From an uncultured Chloroflexia bacterium (GTDB taxonomy: Bacteria > Chloroflexota > Limnocylindria > Limnocylindrales > CSP1-4), in assembly GCA_963766735.1 (NCBI GenBank), contig CAVYBU010000004.1, positions 224,001-288,000 on the forward strand: 64,000 bases of DNA. The letters are read 5' to 3'. Below are positions 8,786-17,415 of the stretch, piece by piece (the stretch's first letter is position 1; each line of letters begins with the position of its first letter). The notes beneath the pieces are model-generated. The model was not told where the DNA came from, did no database searches, and saw only the letters and a program-made list of their open reading frames with translations. Position numbers and translations under genes: made by a program.

Positions 8786-10812
8786 GCCGGCACCATCTCT
8801 CGCAGCTCACCGGTCGCCGAGACCATCAGGAGACCCTCGATCTGGGACAGGATCTGGGCATCGGAGAAGCCGGTCCCGCTGATCGCTCCGGCGGGACAAG
8901 CGGCCACGCAGGTTCCGCATCCCTGGCAGAGGGCCGAGTTCACCTCCGTGACCATCCGCTCCGCGTGGAACACGATCGCGTTGTAGGGGCACAGGTCGTT
9001 GCAGATCCGGCACCCGGAGCAACGGTCCTCGTCGACCGTCGCCCGGACGGGTTCGAGGGCCAACTCCTTCTGCTGGATCCGGCCCAGGATCCGCGCACCT
9101 GCCGCGGCACCGTTCGACACGCTGGCCGGGATGTCCCGCGGCCCGAGCGCGCAGCCGGCGGCGAACACGCCGTCCGTCATCGTGGCGACCGGGTCGAGCT
9201 TCGGGTGGCGCTCGATGACCCAGCCATCGGAGCTGCACGAGATCCCGAACAGCCGCGCGGTCTCCTTGGCGTCGGCAGGTGGCTCGAGGCCAGCCGACAG
9301 GATGACCATGTCCACCGGGATCCGTCGCTGCTGGCCGACGAGGGTGTCTTCCACCTGGATGATCAGCTGACCCTCGGCGTCCGCTTCGGCGGGCAGCCGG
9401 AGCGAGTCGGTCACCTCCGCGACGCGGCCCCGGACGAAGATCGTGCCTTCCTCCAGGACCCGCTGATAGAACTCGTCGTATGCCTTGCCGGGCGCGCGGA
9501 CGTCGATGTAGAAGTTGTAGACGGTGGCGTCCGTGTGGTCGCGGATCAGGTGGGCGAACTTCAGGCTCTGCATGCAGCAGATCGCCGAGCAGTAGCTGTT
9601 GAAGTTCCGGTCGCGACTGCCGACGCAGTGGATGATGCCGACCGACTTCGGCTCGGTGACCCCGTCGCGAAGCACGATCCGGCCGGTTGTCGGTCCCGCC
9701 GCGTTGCTCATCCGCTCGAACTCGAGGCTCGTGAACACGTTCGGGAGCCGGCCGTAGCCATACTGCTCAATCCGTCGCGGGTCGAACAGCTCGTACCCGG
9801 TGGCGAGGACGATGTTGCCCACCTCCACGACCACGTCGCGATCCACCTGGGTGAAGTCGATCGCATCCGTCGGGCAGAACTTCTCGCAGGCCTTGCAGGT
9901 CCCCTTCTCGAAGTACGTGCAGTTCGGGCCGTCGATCACCGGGTACTTCGGGACGGCCTGCGGGAAGGGCATGTAGGCGACCTTGCGGTAGCCCAGACCG
10001 GCTTCGAATGCTGTGTCCTGGACCCGGACCGGGCACTTCTCCTGGCAGATCCCGCAACCCGTGCACAGCTCCGTGTTGATGTAGCGGGCCCGCTCCTTGA
10101 TGGTGACCGTGAAGTTGCCGACATAGCCCTTGACGTCGGTCACCTCGCTCCACGTGTGGAGGGTGATGTTGGGGTGCATCCCCGCATCGACCATCCTGGG
10201 GGTGAGGATGCAGGCGGCACAGTCCAGCGTCGGGAACGTCTTGTCGAACTGGGCCATGTGGCCGCCGATCGATGGCTGGCGCTCCACCATGTGGACCGGG
10301 AAGCCGGCATCGGCGATCTCGAGCGCGGCCGAGATGCCCGAGATACCGCCGCCGACGACCAGCGTGGCGGGGTTGATCGGGACCCGCAGCGGTTCCAGCG
10401 GGACCATCTCGCCGACCCTCTGGACGCCGCCGGAGATGACGGCCTTCGCTTTCGCCGTGGCCGCAGACCGGTCGGAGTGGACCCAGCTGACCTGCTCCCG
10501 GATGCTCACGAGCTCGCACAGATACGGGTTGAGGCCCGCCCGGGCACAGGCGCCCCGGAAGGTCTTCTCGTGCATGTGCGGGGAGCAGGCCGCGACCACC
10601 ACGCGGGTCAGTCCGAGCTCCTTGATGTCCTCTTCGATCAGCTCCTGGCCCGACGACGCGCACATGAACTTGCTGTCACGAGCGATGACCACGCCCTGGC
10701 CGGCCAGCTCCTGGCCGGCCCACGCGCTGACCGCCTCGACGTCGACGGTCGCGGCGATGTTGCTGCCGCAGTGGCAGACGTAGACGCCGATCCTCTCCTG
10801 GGCGCTGCTCAT
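8782..10812 (-). CDS. hdrA: Heterodisulfide reductase subunit A (bifurcating flavoprotein), about 676 aa
   Basis: IGVYVCHCGSNIA, VVGGGISG, FPTLDCAACILTP, HCVGSRD..YCSAICC, several CxxCxxCxxxC ferredoxin motifs; start overlaps hdrB stop. Confidence 0.95.
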   Translation of the reverse strand: MSSAQERIGVYVCHCGSNIAATVDVEAVSAWAGQELAGQGVVIARDSKFMCASSGQELIEEDIKELGLTRVVVAACSPHMHEKTFRGACARAGLNPYLCELVSIREQVSWVHSDRSAATAKAKAVISGGVQRVGEMVPLEPLRVPINPATLVVGGGISGISAALEIADAGFPVHMVERQPSIGGHMAQFDKTFPTLDCAACILTPRMVDAGMHPNITLHTWSEVTDVKGYVGNFTVTIKERARYINTELCTGCGICQEKCPVRVQDTAFEAGLGYRKVAYMPFPQAVPKYPVIDGPNCTYFEKGTCKACEKFCPTDAIDFTQVDRDVVVEVGNIVLATGYELFDPRRIEQYGYGRLPNVFTSLEFERMSNAAGPTTGRIVLRDGVTEPKSVGIIHCVGSRDRNFNSYCSAICCMQSLKFAHLIRDHTDATVYNFYIDVRAPGKAYDEFYQRVLEEGTIFVRGRVAEVTDSLRLPAEADAEGQLIIQVEDTLVGQQRRIPVDMVILSAGLEPPADAKETARLFGISCSSDGWVIERHPKLDPVATMTDGVFAAGCALGPRDIPASVSNGAAAGARILGRIQQKELALEPVRATVDEDRCSGCRICNDLCPYNAIVFHAERMVTEVNSALCQGCGTCVAACPAGAISGTGFSDAQILSQIEGLLMVSATGELREMVPA

Positions 10813-11828
10813 CGCGGAACCTCCCCGTGCTCGCCCGGCATCGCCGGCATCGGAAGACCCGTCTTCCTGGCTCGCGGCCTCCGTGGAGGTCCCCCCGCAC
10901 CGGCACCGACGGGTTCCTGCTCCTCGGTCACCGGGACCTCGATCCCGACCTTGGACAGCGCGGCCCGGGCGCTGACGATCTCCGTCCCGATGCCCAGCTT
11001 CGCCGCCGGGAACCCGAATGCGAGCCCGATGAGCTGCGTGAAGAACAGGATCGGCATGTGGTAGTTGACCTTGAGGGAGCGATTCATCTCCGCCTGATAG
11101 GCATCGACGTTCATCTGGCACATCGGGCACGACGTGACCATCAGGTCTGCGCCAGCCCGCTCGGCCGCATCCACCAGCCGGCGGATGAGCTCGAACCCGG
11201 TGGCGGGGCTGATCTGCGTCATGTGTCCGCCGCAGCAGGCCGTCCTGAGGGGAAAGTCGACGACCTGGGCACCAAGCGTGCGGATCAGGCGGTCGAAGTC
11301 CCGCGGATTCTCGCGCGAGCTCCAGCGGCGATCGAGGTCCGGCCGGGTCACGAGACAGCCGAGATACGGCGCGACCTTCAGGCCACCAAGCGGCCGGGTG
11401 ACCTGGGCGTGGACGGTCTCGATGCCGACGTCGTCGAAGATGACCTCGAGGAGGTGGCGGACGTCGATGGAGCCGGGTGTGTAGTGAAGGCCACCGGCCG
11501 CGAGGGCCGTGTTGACCGTGTCCGCCAGCGCCTGGTCCTCGCGCAGGTAGTTCTCCGTCTTGGCAAGGTTCATGAAGCACGCGCTGCAGGGGGCGACCAG
11601 CGTTCGCGACCCGTTCTTCTGCTTCTCCGCGAGGGCGAGGTTCCGTGACACCAGGGTGTGGGCACGGGTGGGGCTGACGCCCATGTACTCCGTGGCGCCA
11701 CAGCAGTTCCAGTCGTCGATCTCGACCAGCTCCAGCCCGAGGGGGCCGCTGATCGCCTCGAGCGAGTCGGCGTATGCCTTGGCGCTGGCGTCCATCGAGC
11801 AGCCCGGGTAGTACACGAACTGGTTCAC
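10809..11828 (-). CDS. hdrB: Heterodisulfide reductase subunit B (two CCG domains)
   Basis: YYPGCS..WNCCGA..PCSAC and YLGCL..ACCGG..SCPMCQ. Confidence 0.94.
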   Translation of the reverse strand: MNQFVYYPGCSMDASAKAYADSLEAISGPLGLELVEIDDWNCCGATEYMGVSPTRAHTLVSRNLALAEKQKNGSRTLVAPCSACFMNLAKTENYLREDQALADTVNTALAAGGLHYTPGSIDVRHLLEVIFDDVGIETVHAQVTRPLGGLKVAPYLGCLVTRPDLDRRWSSRENPRDFDRLIRTLGAQVVDFPLRTACCGGHMTQISPATGFELIRRLVDAAERAGADLMVTSCPMCQMNVDAYQAEMNRSLKVNYHMPILFFTQLIGLAFGFPAAKLGIGTEIVSARAALSKVGIEVPVTEEQEPVGAGAGGPPRRPRARKTGLPMPAMPGEHGEVPR

Positions 11829-12409
11829 GCCTCGGCCTCCAGCTCTGCCGCGCGAGCGAGGATCTTCCGGAGTCCGTCGCGCCCCTTGATCGCCTTGGGC
11901 GGTCGGAGCCCCATGCGACCCTTGGCGACCATCCCGATCCCCATCGGGGCCATCCCGGGGAGGCGGGTCAGGTAGTGACGGAGGTAGTGGCGCGCGATGA
12001 GGCCCACCTCGTAGCTCCGCCCGTAGCGATGGATGTTGTCCACGAAGGTCCTCGAGAAGTCCGGCGCGACGGAGTCGGGGACGAGACCCTCACGGGCGGC
12101 CATCGCCTTGAGCCCGTACATGACGTCCGGGATGTGCACCTCCTGGGGGCAGCGCACGGCGCAGTAGTAACAGGAGACACACATCCAGGAGGTGTTGCTC
12201 CGGAGGACCTCGTCGCGCAGCCCCGCCCGGACCATCGCGAAGATCATCCGGGGGGTGTGGTCCATGTCGGCGGCCGACGGGCACGAACCCCCACAGGTCC
12301 CGCACTGGACGCACATCTCCAGGCGGGCCGTGCGCGGGATGACGGTCCGGACCTCGTCCTGGAAGGCCACGCCGCGTGGCGCCACTTGGACAGGCGTATC
12401 TGTGGACAT
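11825..12409 (-). CDS. hdrC: Heterodisulfide reductase subunit C
   Basis: CVQCGTCGGSCP and WMCVSCYYCAVRCP. Confidence 0.93.
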   Translation of the reverse strand: MSTDTPVQVAPRGVAFQDEVRTVIPRTARLEMCVQCGTCGGSCPSAADMDHTPRMIFAMVRAGLRDEVLRSNTSWMCVSCYYCAVRCPQEVHIPDVMYGLKAMAAREGLVPDSVAPDFSRTFVDNIHRYGRSYEVGLIARHYLRHYLTRLPGMAPMGIGMVAKGRMGLRPPKAIKGRDGLRKILARAAELEAEA

Positions 12410-12480
12410 CGCGAATCAAGCCTCCACAGTCTCGAGGAAGCCGCCCTGCAGCCACAACGCAGGGCGGCGGGATCACTTGG

Positions 12481-12888
12481 CTACATGGGCAGGCCGGAGC
12501 GACCGTCGCGGCCGAGCGCCGCGCGTGCGGCATCCTCCTTGTCGACGGAAAAGGCGACCTCGATGACCCCGGGCCGCCTCCCGATCACGAGGGCGCCCAG
12601 GATGTTCACGCCGGCCGCGGCCAGCGTCTCGGCCGTGTCGGCGAAGCCACCTGGCCGATCGGCGACATCGGCGACGACCATGTCGCCCTCGATGAAGGTG
12701 CAGCCGCGACGACGCAGGACGTCACGCGTCGCGTCGTCGTCGGACGTGGTGATGGACACGCTCGCCAGGGCTCCGGCGCTCGTGCTTGCGATGTTGCGGA
12801 TGTCGATCCCATCTGCGGCGAGGGCACGCGTCAGGCCCGCCAGCTCCCCCGGCTGGTTCGCGATCTGGACGACGAACTCCCGCGCCAT
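12481..12888 (-). CDS. Tandem ACT-domain protein
   Basis: NQPGELA and DRPGGFA ACT signatures; GGAG upstream of ATG 12888. Confidence 0.8.
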   Translation of the reverse strand: MAREFVVQIANQPGELAGLTRALAADGIDIRNIASTSAGALASVSITTSDDDATRDVLRRRGCTFIEGDMVVADVADRPGGFADTAETLAAAGVNILGALVIGRRPGVIEVAFSVDKEDAARAALGRDGRSGLPM

Positions 12889-13036
12889 CGGCATCTCCCA
12901 CCTGTCCGGCGGCCCGTCAGGCGCGCCGGATGCATCTCTCCTGAGGAGTGTCTGCACTGGCCGTGGTCACGGCCAGTGCCGGGCGACCGGCGCCGTCCGG
13001 GCTAGGTGGCATTCAGGGTGGTGCGGCCAGCCACCA

Positions 13037-13066
13037 GCGGTGCGAACCGGCGGTGCGAACCGGCGG
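13037..13066 (+). repeat. 13-nt tandem direct repeat GCGGTGCGAACCG x2 plus partial copy
   Basis: Exact copies at 13037-13049 and 13050-13062, in the intergenic region upstream of the ACT/hdr genes. Confidence 0.65.
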
Positions 13067-13111
13067 GCAGCGTGCGCGGCACTCCGGCAGGATTCTGGCC
13101 AGCCCGGGGGC

Positions 13112-13621
13112 TCAGTCCGCGCGGTCCGTTGCCATCCTGGCCACGGCACGGCTGACGACCGCCTCGGGGGCCTCCCCCGGGTGCGGGGTCGCCCAGCCGA
13201 AGGTGAACCGGACCTGGACGCAGGCCCGCGGGAGCAGGCTCGGCACCGACGCCCGGACACGATCCACGAAGTTGATCGCCGTGATCTCGTTCGTCTCCGT
13301 GAGCAGGATCCCGAACCGCCCCAGGCTGATCCGCGTGCAATGATCGCTGCCGCGGGCCAGCCGGCGGATGCACTGGGCGATCTCGCGGATGGTCTCCCGG
13401 GCGACCTCGTTGCCCCACGCCGCCTGGAGCTCGCGCACCCCGTCGATGTCCAGCAGGACGACCGTCAGCGGTCGCTCATACCGGGTGCTGCGGGCGAGCT
13501 CGCTCGAGAGGAGCTTCTCCCAGAAGACCGGCCCTTCCAGACCGGTCACCGGGTCCTCCCAGCCGGCCGGATCCGGGATCATCGCCTCCCGCGCGTTCAC
13601 GATTGCCTCGGACCCGGGCAC
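13112..13621 (-). CDS. Stand-alone degenerate GGDEF-domain protein
   Basis: DPVTGL and VVLLDID are kept, but the signature reads RISLGRF instead of RxGGDEF; start uncertain. Confidence 0.75.
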   Translation of the reverse strand: MPGSEAIVNAREAMIPDPAGWEDPVTGLEGPVFWEKLLSSELARSTRYERPLTVVLLDIDGVRELQAAWGNEVARETIREIAQCIRRLARGSDHCTRISLGRFGILLTETNEITAINFVDRVRASVPSLLPRACVQVRFTFGWATPHPGEAPEAVVSRAVARMATDRAD

Positions 13622-13793
13622 GATGCTCTCCCATCCTGATGGGCCGCGTTCTCGGTTCCCGCGGCGCATACCGATGGTGGTGCGTGCATGCCCCGCCCGC
13701 CACCCGACGATCGTCCCCGGTCCCGCCGCGGAAGTCCTACCAGCGGCCCTGCCGGCGGCCCCCGGTGGGCATCCCTCCGGCCGTTCGATTTGG

Positions 13794-13822
13794 TTGACGC
13801 AGCGCGCTCGACGGGATACCGT
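13794..13822 (+). promoter_or_regulatory. Sigma70-type promoter of the aro operon
   Basis: TTGACG (13794-13799), 17-nt spacer, TACCGT (13817-13822). Confidence 0.7.
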
Positions 13823-13833
13823 CGGTGGCACCG

Positions 13834-13869
13834 ATGTACGCCATCTATCTCTTTACCTGCCCGGCATGA
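13834..13869 (+). CDS. Candidate attenuator leader peptide MYAIYLFTCPA
   Basis: ATG TAC GCC ATC TAT CTC TTT ACC TGC CCG GCA TGA between the promoter and a terminator upstream of aroF. Confidence 0.65.
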   Translation: MYAIYLFTCPA

Positions 13870-13914
13870 CCGAGCCCGGAGCCTAGAGCCGGGAACGGCG
13901 GGTCGTGCCGGGCG

Positions 13915-13942
13915 AGCAGAGGTCATTGACCTCTGTTTTTTT
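13915..13942 (+). terminator. Intrinsic terminator (attenuator) in the aroF leader
   Basis: Stem AGCAGAGGTC / GACCTCTGTT running into T7, about 40 nt before the aroF start. Confidence 0.85.
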
Positions 13943-13982
13943 GTTCCCCCGCGGTACCCCCTCCTGAAGGAACCCTGACGAG

Positions 13983-15050
13983 ATGTTCGTGGTGATGCGC
14001 GCCGAGGCCACAGAGGCCGAGGTCAACGGCGTGAAGGGCCTGATCCTGGCCGAGGGCCTGACGCCGTTCGAGAATGCCGGGGCCGCCCGGACGGTGATCG
14101 CGGTGGTCGGCGAGATCGGCCGCCGGCGCGAGCCGCTGCGCTCGCGGCTGGAGGCGATGGCGGGCGTGGCGGCGGTGACCGCGATCTCCAAGCCCTACAA
14201 GCTGGTCTCGCGGGAGTTCCAGCCGGACAACACCGTGATCCGCATCCTCGACACGGTCATCGGGGACGGCTCGCTCACGGTCATGGCCGGACCGTGCTCC
14301 GTGGAGAGCCGCGAGCAGCTCCTGGAGACCGTGGACTTCGTGGTGGCCCACGGCGCGAACGTGATCCGCGGCGGGGCGTTCAAGCCGCGCACGAGCCCGT
14401 ACAGCTTCCAGGGCCTGGGCGTGGAGGGCCTCCGCTACCTCGCCGAGGCGCGGGAGCGGACCGGTATCCCCGTCATCACCGAGGTGATGGAGCCCAGCCA
14501 GGTGGACATCGTCGCCGAGTACGCCGACATCCTCCAGGTCGGGACCCGGAACATGCAGAACTTCTCGCTGCTGCTCGCGTGCGGACGGGCCGGGCGCCCG
14601 GTCATGCTCAAGCGTGGGTTCGGCGCCACGATCGAGGAGTGGCTGATGGCGGCCGAGTACATCGCCTCGGCCGGGAACGGCCAGATCATCCTGTGCGAGC
14701 GCGGGATCCGGACGTTCGAGACGTCCACCCGCAACACGCTGGACCTCACGGCGGTCCCGCTCCTCCACCACCTCACCCACCTGCCGGTCGTGGTGGACCC
14801 GTCACACGCCACCGGGAAGCGCTGGCTGGTGAAGCCGCTCGCCATCGGCGCCGTGGCGGTGGGTGCAGACGGGATCATGGTGGAGGTCCACCCGCGCCCG
14901 GAGGAAGCGCTCTCGGACGGCGAGCAGTCGCTCACCTTCGAGCTGTACGAGCAGATGATGCACGCCATCACCGGCGTCCACGCCCACGTGCGGGACCTCC
15001 ACGGCGACCTCGTCCCGGCGGACGACCCCGCCGGCAGCGGCCGGGCCTGA
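13983..15050 (+). CDS. aroF: DAHP synthase, type I-beta with N-terminal regulatory domain
   Basis: [40 protein letters not shown]. Confidence 0.95.
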   Translation: MFVVMRAEATEAEVNGVKGLILAEGLTPFENAGAARTVIAVVGEIGRRREPLRSRLEAMAGVAAVTAISKPYKLVSREFQPDNTVIRILDTVIGDGSLTVMAGPCSVESREQLLETVDFVVAHGANVIRGGAFKPRTSPYSFQGLGVEGLRYLAEARERTGIPVITEVMEPSQVDIVAEYADILQVGTRNMQNFSLLLACGRAGRPVMLKRGFGATIEEWLMAAEYIASAGNGQIILCERGIRTFETSTRNTLDLTAVPLLHHLTHLPVVVDPSHATGKRWLVKPLAIGAVAVGADGIMVEVHPRPEEALSDGEQSLTFELYEQMMHAITGVHAHVRDLHGDLVPADDPAGSGRA

Positions 15051-15054
15051 TCCG

Positions 15055-16449
15055 ATGATCGCAGAACCCGCGGGCACGCCGCCCGCGGACGGCGGGACGG
15101 CGCGCCCGCGCGGGGACGAGGACGACGTGCTCGTCGTCCGCCCGGCTGCACGCCTGCGCGGCCGGCCGGCGCTCCCGGGCGACAAGTCGATCTCCCACCG
15201 GGCCCTCCTCCTGGCGCTCCTGGCGGAGGGCGAGAGCCGGATCTCCGACGCCGGGGACGGTGCGGACGTCCGTTCCACGGCCGGCATCGTCGCGGCGCTG
15301 GGCGCAACGGTGGAGCGGGTCGCCGAGCGCGCCGGTCGCGTGGACTACCGGGTCGTGTCCCCGGGCGGGGCTGCCCTCCGGGAGCCCGACGGGATCCTCG
15401 ACTGCGGCAACTCCGGGACGACCATGCGCCTCGCTGCCGGGCTGCTGGCCGGGCGGCCGCTGTTCGCCGTGCTGGATGGCGACGGCTCGCTCCGCCGCAG
15501 GCCGATGGGCCGCGTGGTGGAGCCGCTGACCGCGATGGGCGCGTCCTTCGCCGGCCGTCAGGGCGCCACGCTGCTGCCGCTGGCGATCACGGGCCGTGAC
15601 CGTCTCACGGCCATCACGTACGCGACTCCCGTTCCCAGCGCCCAGGTGAAGTCAGCGATCCTCCTCGCGGCCCTGGCCGCGGATGGGGAGACGACGGTCA
15701 ACGAGGCCATCGCCACGCGGGACCACACCGAGCGCATGCTGCGCGCCCGCGGCGTGGCGCTCCACGAGGCCACCGGTGCCGACGGCCGCCACGTGATCAG
15801 TCTCGATGGTCCGGCGACCGTCCAGCCCATCGACGAGTCCGTCCCGTCCGACCCGTCCGGCGCCGCGTTCTGGCTCGTGGCCGCCGCGATGCACCCCGAT
15901 GCGGAGCTGCACCTCGAAGGGGTCAGCACGAACCCGACGCGCCGTGCCATCATCGACATCCTCAGGCGCATGGGCGCCGACATCGAGGAGCATGGCCGCC
16001 CGGCCCCCGGCGGGCAGGACGGCGAGCCCCTCGCAGACCTCGTGGTCCGGTCAAGCGAGCTTCGGGCGATCGACCTGTCCCCTGCCGACGTGGCGGAGGC
16101 CATCGACGAGATCCCGATCCTCGCCCTCGCCGCGACCTCGGCGGTCGGCACGACCCGCATCCGGGGTGCCGGCGAGCTCCGTCACAAGGAGTCGGACCGG
16201 ATCGCGGGGATCGCCGACGGGCTCACGGCCCTGGGCGCGCGGGTGCGCGTCACGGGCGACGACATCGAGATCGAGGGCGGCACGCGGCTCCGCGGCGCCG
16301 TCACCGAGACACATGACGATCACCGGCTCGCGATGACGTTCGCCATCGCCGGCCTCATCGCCCAGGGCGAGACCATCGTGCGCCGACCCGGGTCGGCGGC
16401 GATCTCGTACCCGGGCTTCTTCCGCGAACTCGAAGGGGTGCGAGCATGA
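15055..16449 (+). CDS. aroA: EPSP synthase
   Basis: PGDKSISHR, DCGNSGTTMRL, SAQVKSA, RHKESDRI, DHRLAM. Confidence 0.96.
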   Translation: MIAEPAGTPPADGGTARPRGDEDDVLVVRPAARLRGRPALPGDKSISHRALLLALLAEGESRISDAGDGADVRSTAGIVAALGATVERVAERAGRVDYRVVSPGGAALREPDGILDCGNSGTTMRLAAGLLAGRPLFAVLDGDGSLRRRPMGRVVEPLTAMGASFAGRQGATLLPLAITGRDRLTAITYATPVPSAQVKSAILLAALAADGETTVNEAIATRDHTERMLRARGVALHEATGADGRHVISLDGPATVQPIDESVPSDPSGAAFWLVAAAMHPDAELHLEGVSTNPTRRAIIDILRRMGADIEEHGRPAPGGQDGEPLADLVVRSSELRAIDLSPADVAEAIDEIPILALAATSAVGTTRIRGAGELRHKESDRIAGIADGLTALGARVRVTGDDIEIEGGTRLRGAVTETHDDHRLAMTFAIAGLIAQGETIVRRPGSAAISYPGFFRELEGVRA

Positions 16450-17384
16450 CGAAACGCGTCGTTCTCATCGGCCATCCGGTCGCCCATTCCCTGTCGGAGG
16501 CGATGCAGCAGGCCGCCTTCGACTCTCTCGGCATCGACGCGCGCTACGAGACGTGGGATCGCAGCCCAGCCGAGCTCGCCGACGCGATTGCCGAGCTCCG
16601 GAACGAGGAGTTCCTGGGCGCCAACATCACGATCCCGCACAAGGAGCGGGTCGTCCCGCACACGGACCGCCAGGCCGACGAGGCCCACGTGACCGGTGCG
16701 GTCAACACGCTCACCAAGGAGGGCAGGAAGCTGGTCGGCCACAATACGGACGTGGCCGGGTTCAAGATCGCCCTGGACAAGCTGGTCGGCCGCCAGAAGA
16801 TGCCCCGTCACGCGGTGGTGCTGGGCGCCGGCGGCGCCGCCCGGGCCGTGGTCTACGGCCTGATCCGCGAGGGCTTCCAGCGGGTCGTGGTGTTCAACCG
16901 CCACCTGCACCGCAGCGAGGCCCTGGTCAAGCACTTCAGCCGCAGCGCGGCCCACATGGACCTGCGTGCTATGCCGTGGCACGAGAGCATCATCGAGTCG
17001 GAGCTGTCCAAGACGAAGGCGCTGGTCAACGCCACGTCCGTCGGCCTCATCGGGGACGAGTCTCCCATCCCGGCGGAGATCCTGACTCCGGACCTCATGG
17101 TCCTGGACCTTCTCTACGCGAACACCCGCCTGCTGCGCGACGCTGCGGCAGCCGGGTGCGTCACCGCCGACGGGGAGTTGATGCTTCTCCATCAGGGCGC
17201 GGACTCGTTCACCCTCTGGACCGGGCAGCCTGCGCCGCTCGACGCGATGCATGCCGCCCTCACCGAGGCCCGGGCACGCGGGATCACGTCGGCCGAGGGC
17301 GAGCCCTCTCCGTCGGCTCCCGGCGCCGCCGAGAGCGAGCCAGAGCCTCCGGCGCCCGACCCGGCCGCGCCGGCCGGGGCCTGA
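16446..17384 (+). CDS. aroE: Shikimate dehydrogenase
   Basis: GHPVAHSLS, NITIPHK, GAVNT, HNTD, GAGGAARA. Confidence 0.94.
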   Translation: MTKRVVLIGHPVAHSLSEAMQQAAFDSLGIDARYETWDRSPAELADAIAELRNEEFLGANITIPHKERVVPHTDRQADEAHVTGAVNTLTKEGRKLVGHNTDVAGFKIALDKLVGRQKMPRHAVVLGAGGAARAVVYGLIREGFQRVVVFNRHLHRSEALVKHFSRSAAHMDLRAMPWHESIIESELSKTKALVNATSVGLIGDESPIPAEILTPDLMVLDLLYANTRLLRDAAAAGCVTADGELMLLHQGADSFTLWTGQPAPLDAMHAALTEARARGITSAEGEPSPSAPGAAESEPEPPAPDPAAPAGA

Positions 17385-17415
17385 CACCGGGCCCGGGACG
17401 CGAGCAGGAGCACGC

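Noticed and set aside
10813-11580. N-terminal extension of the 932-aa HdrA ORF
   Set aside because: Off-frame overlap with hdrB; HdrA motifs begin at ATG 10812.
5665-12409. Selenocysteine recoding in Mvh/Hdr, or evidence of methanogenesis
   Set aside because: The frames have no internal TGA and ligands are Cys codons; there are no mcr/mtr genes and the context is bacterial.
12961-12990. Sigma54 promoter upstream of ACT-hdr (CGGCAC on the minus strand)
   Set aside because: The -12 TTGC element is missing at the required spacing.
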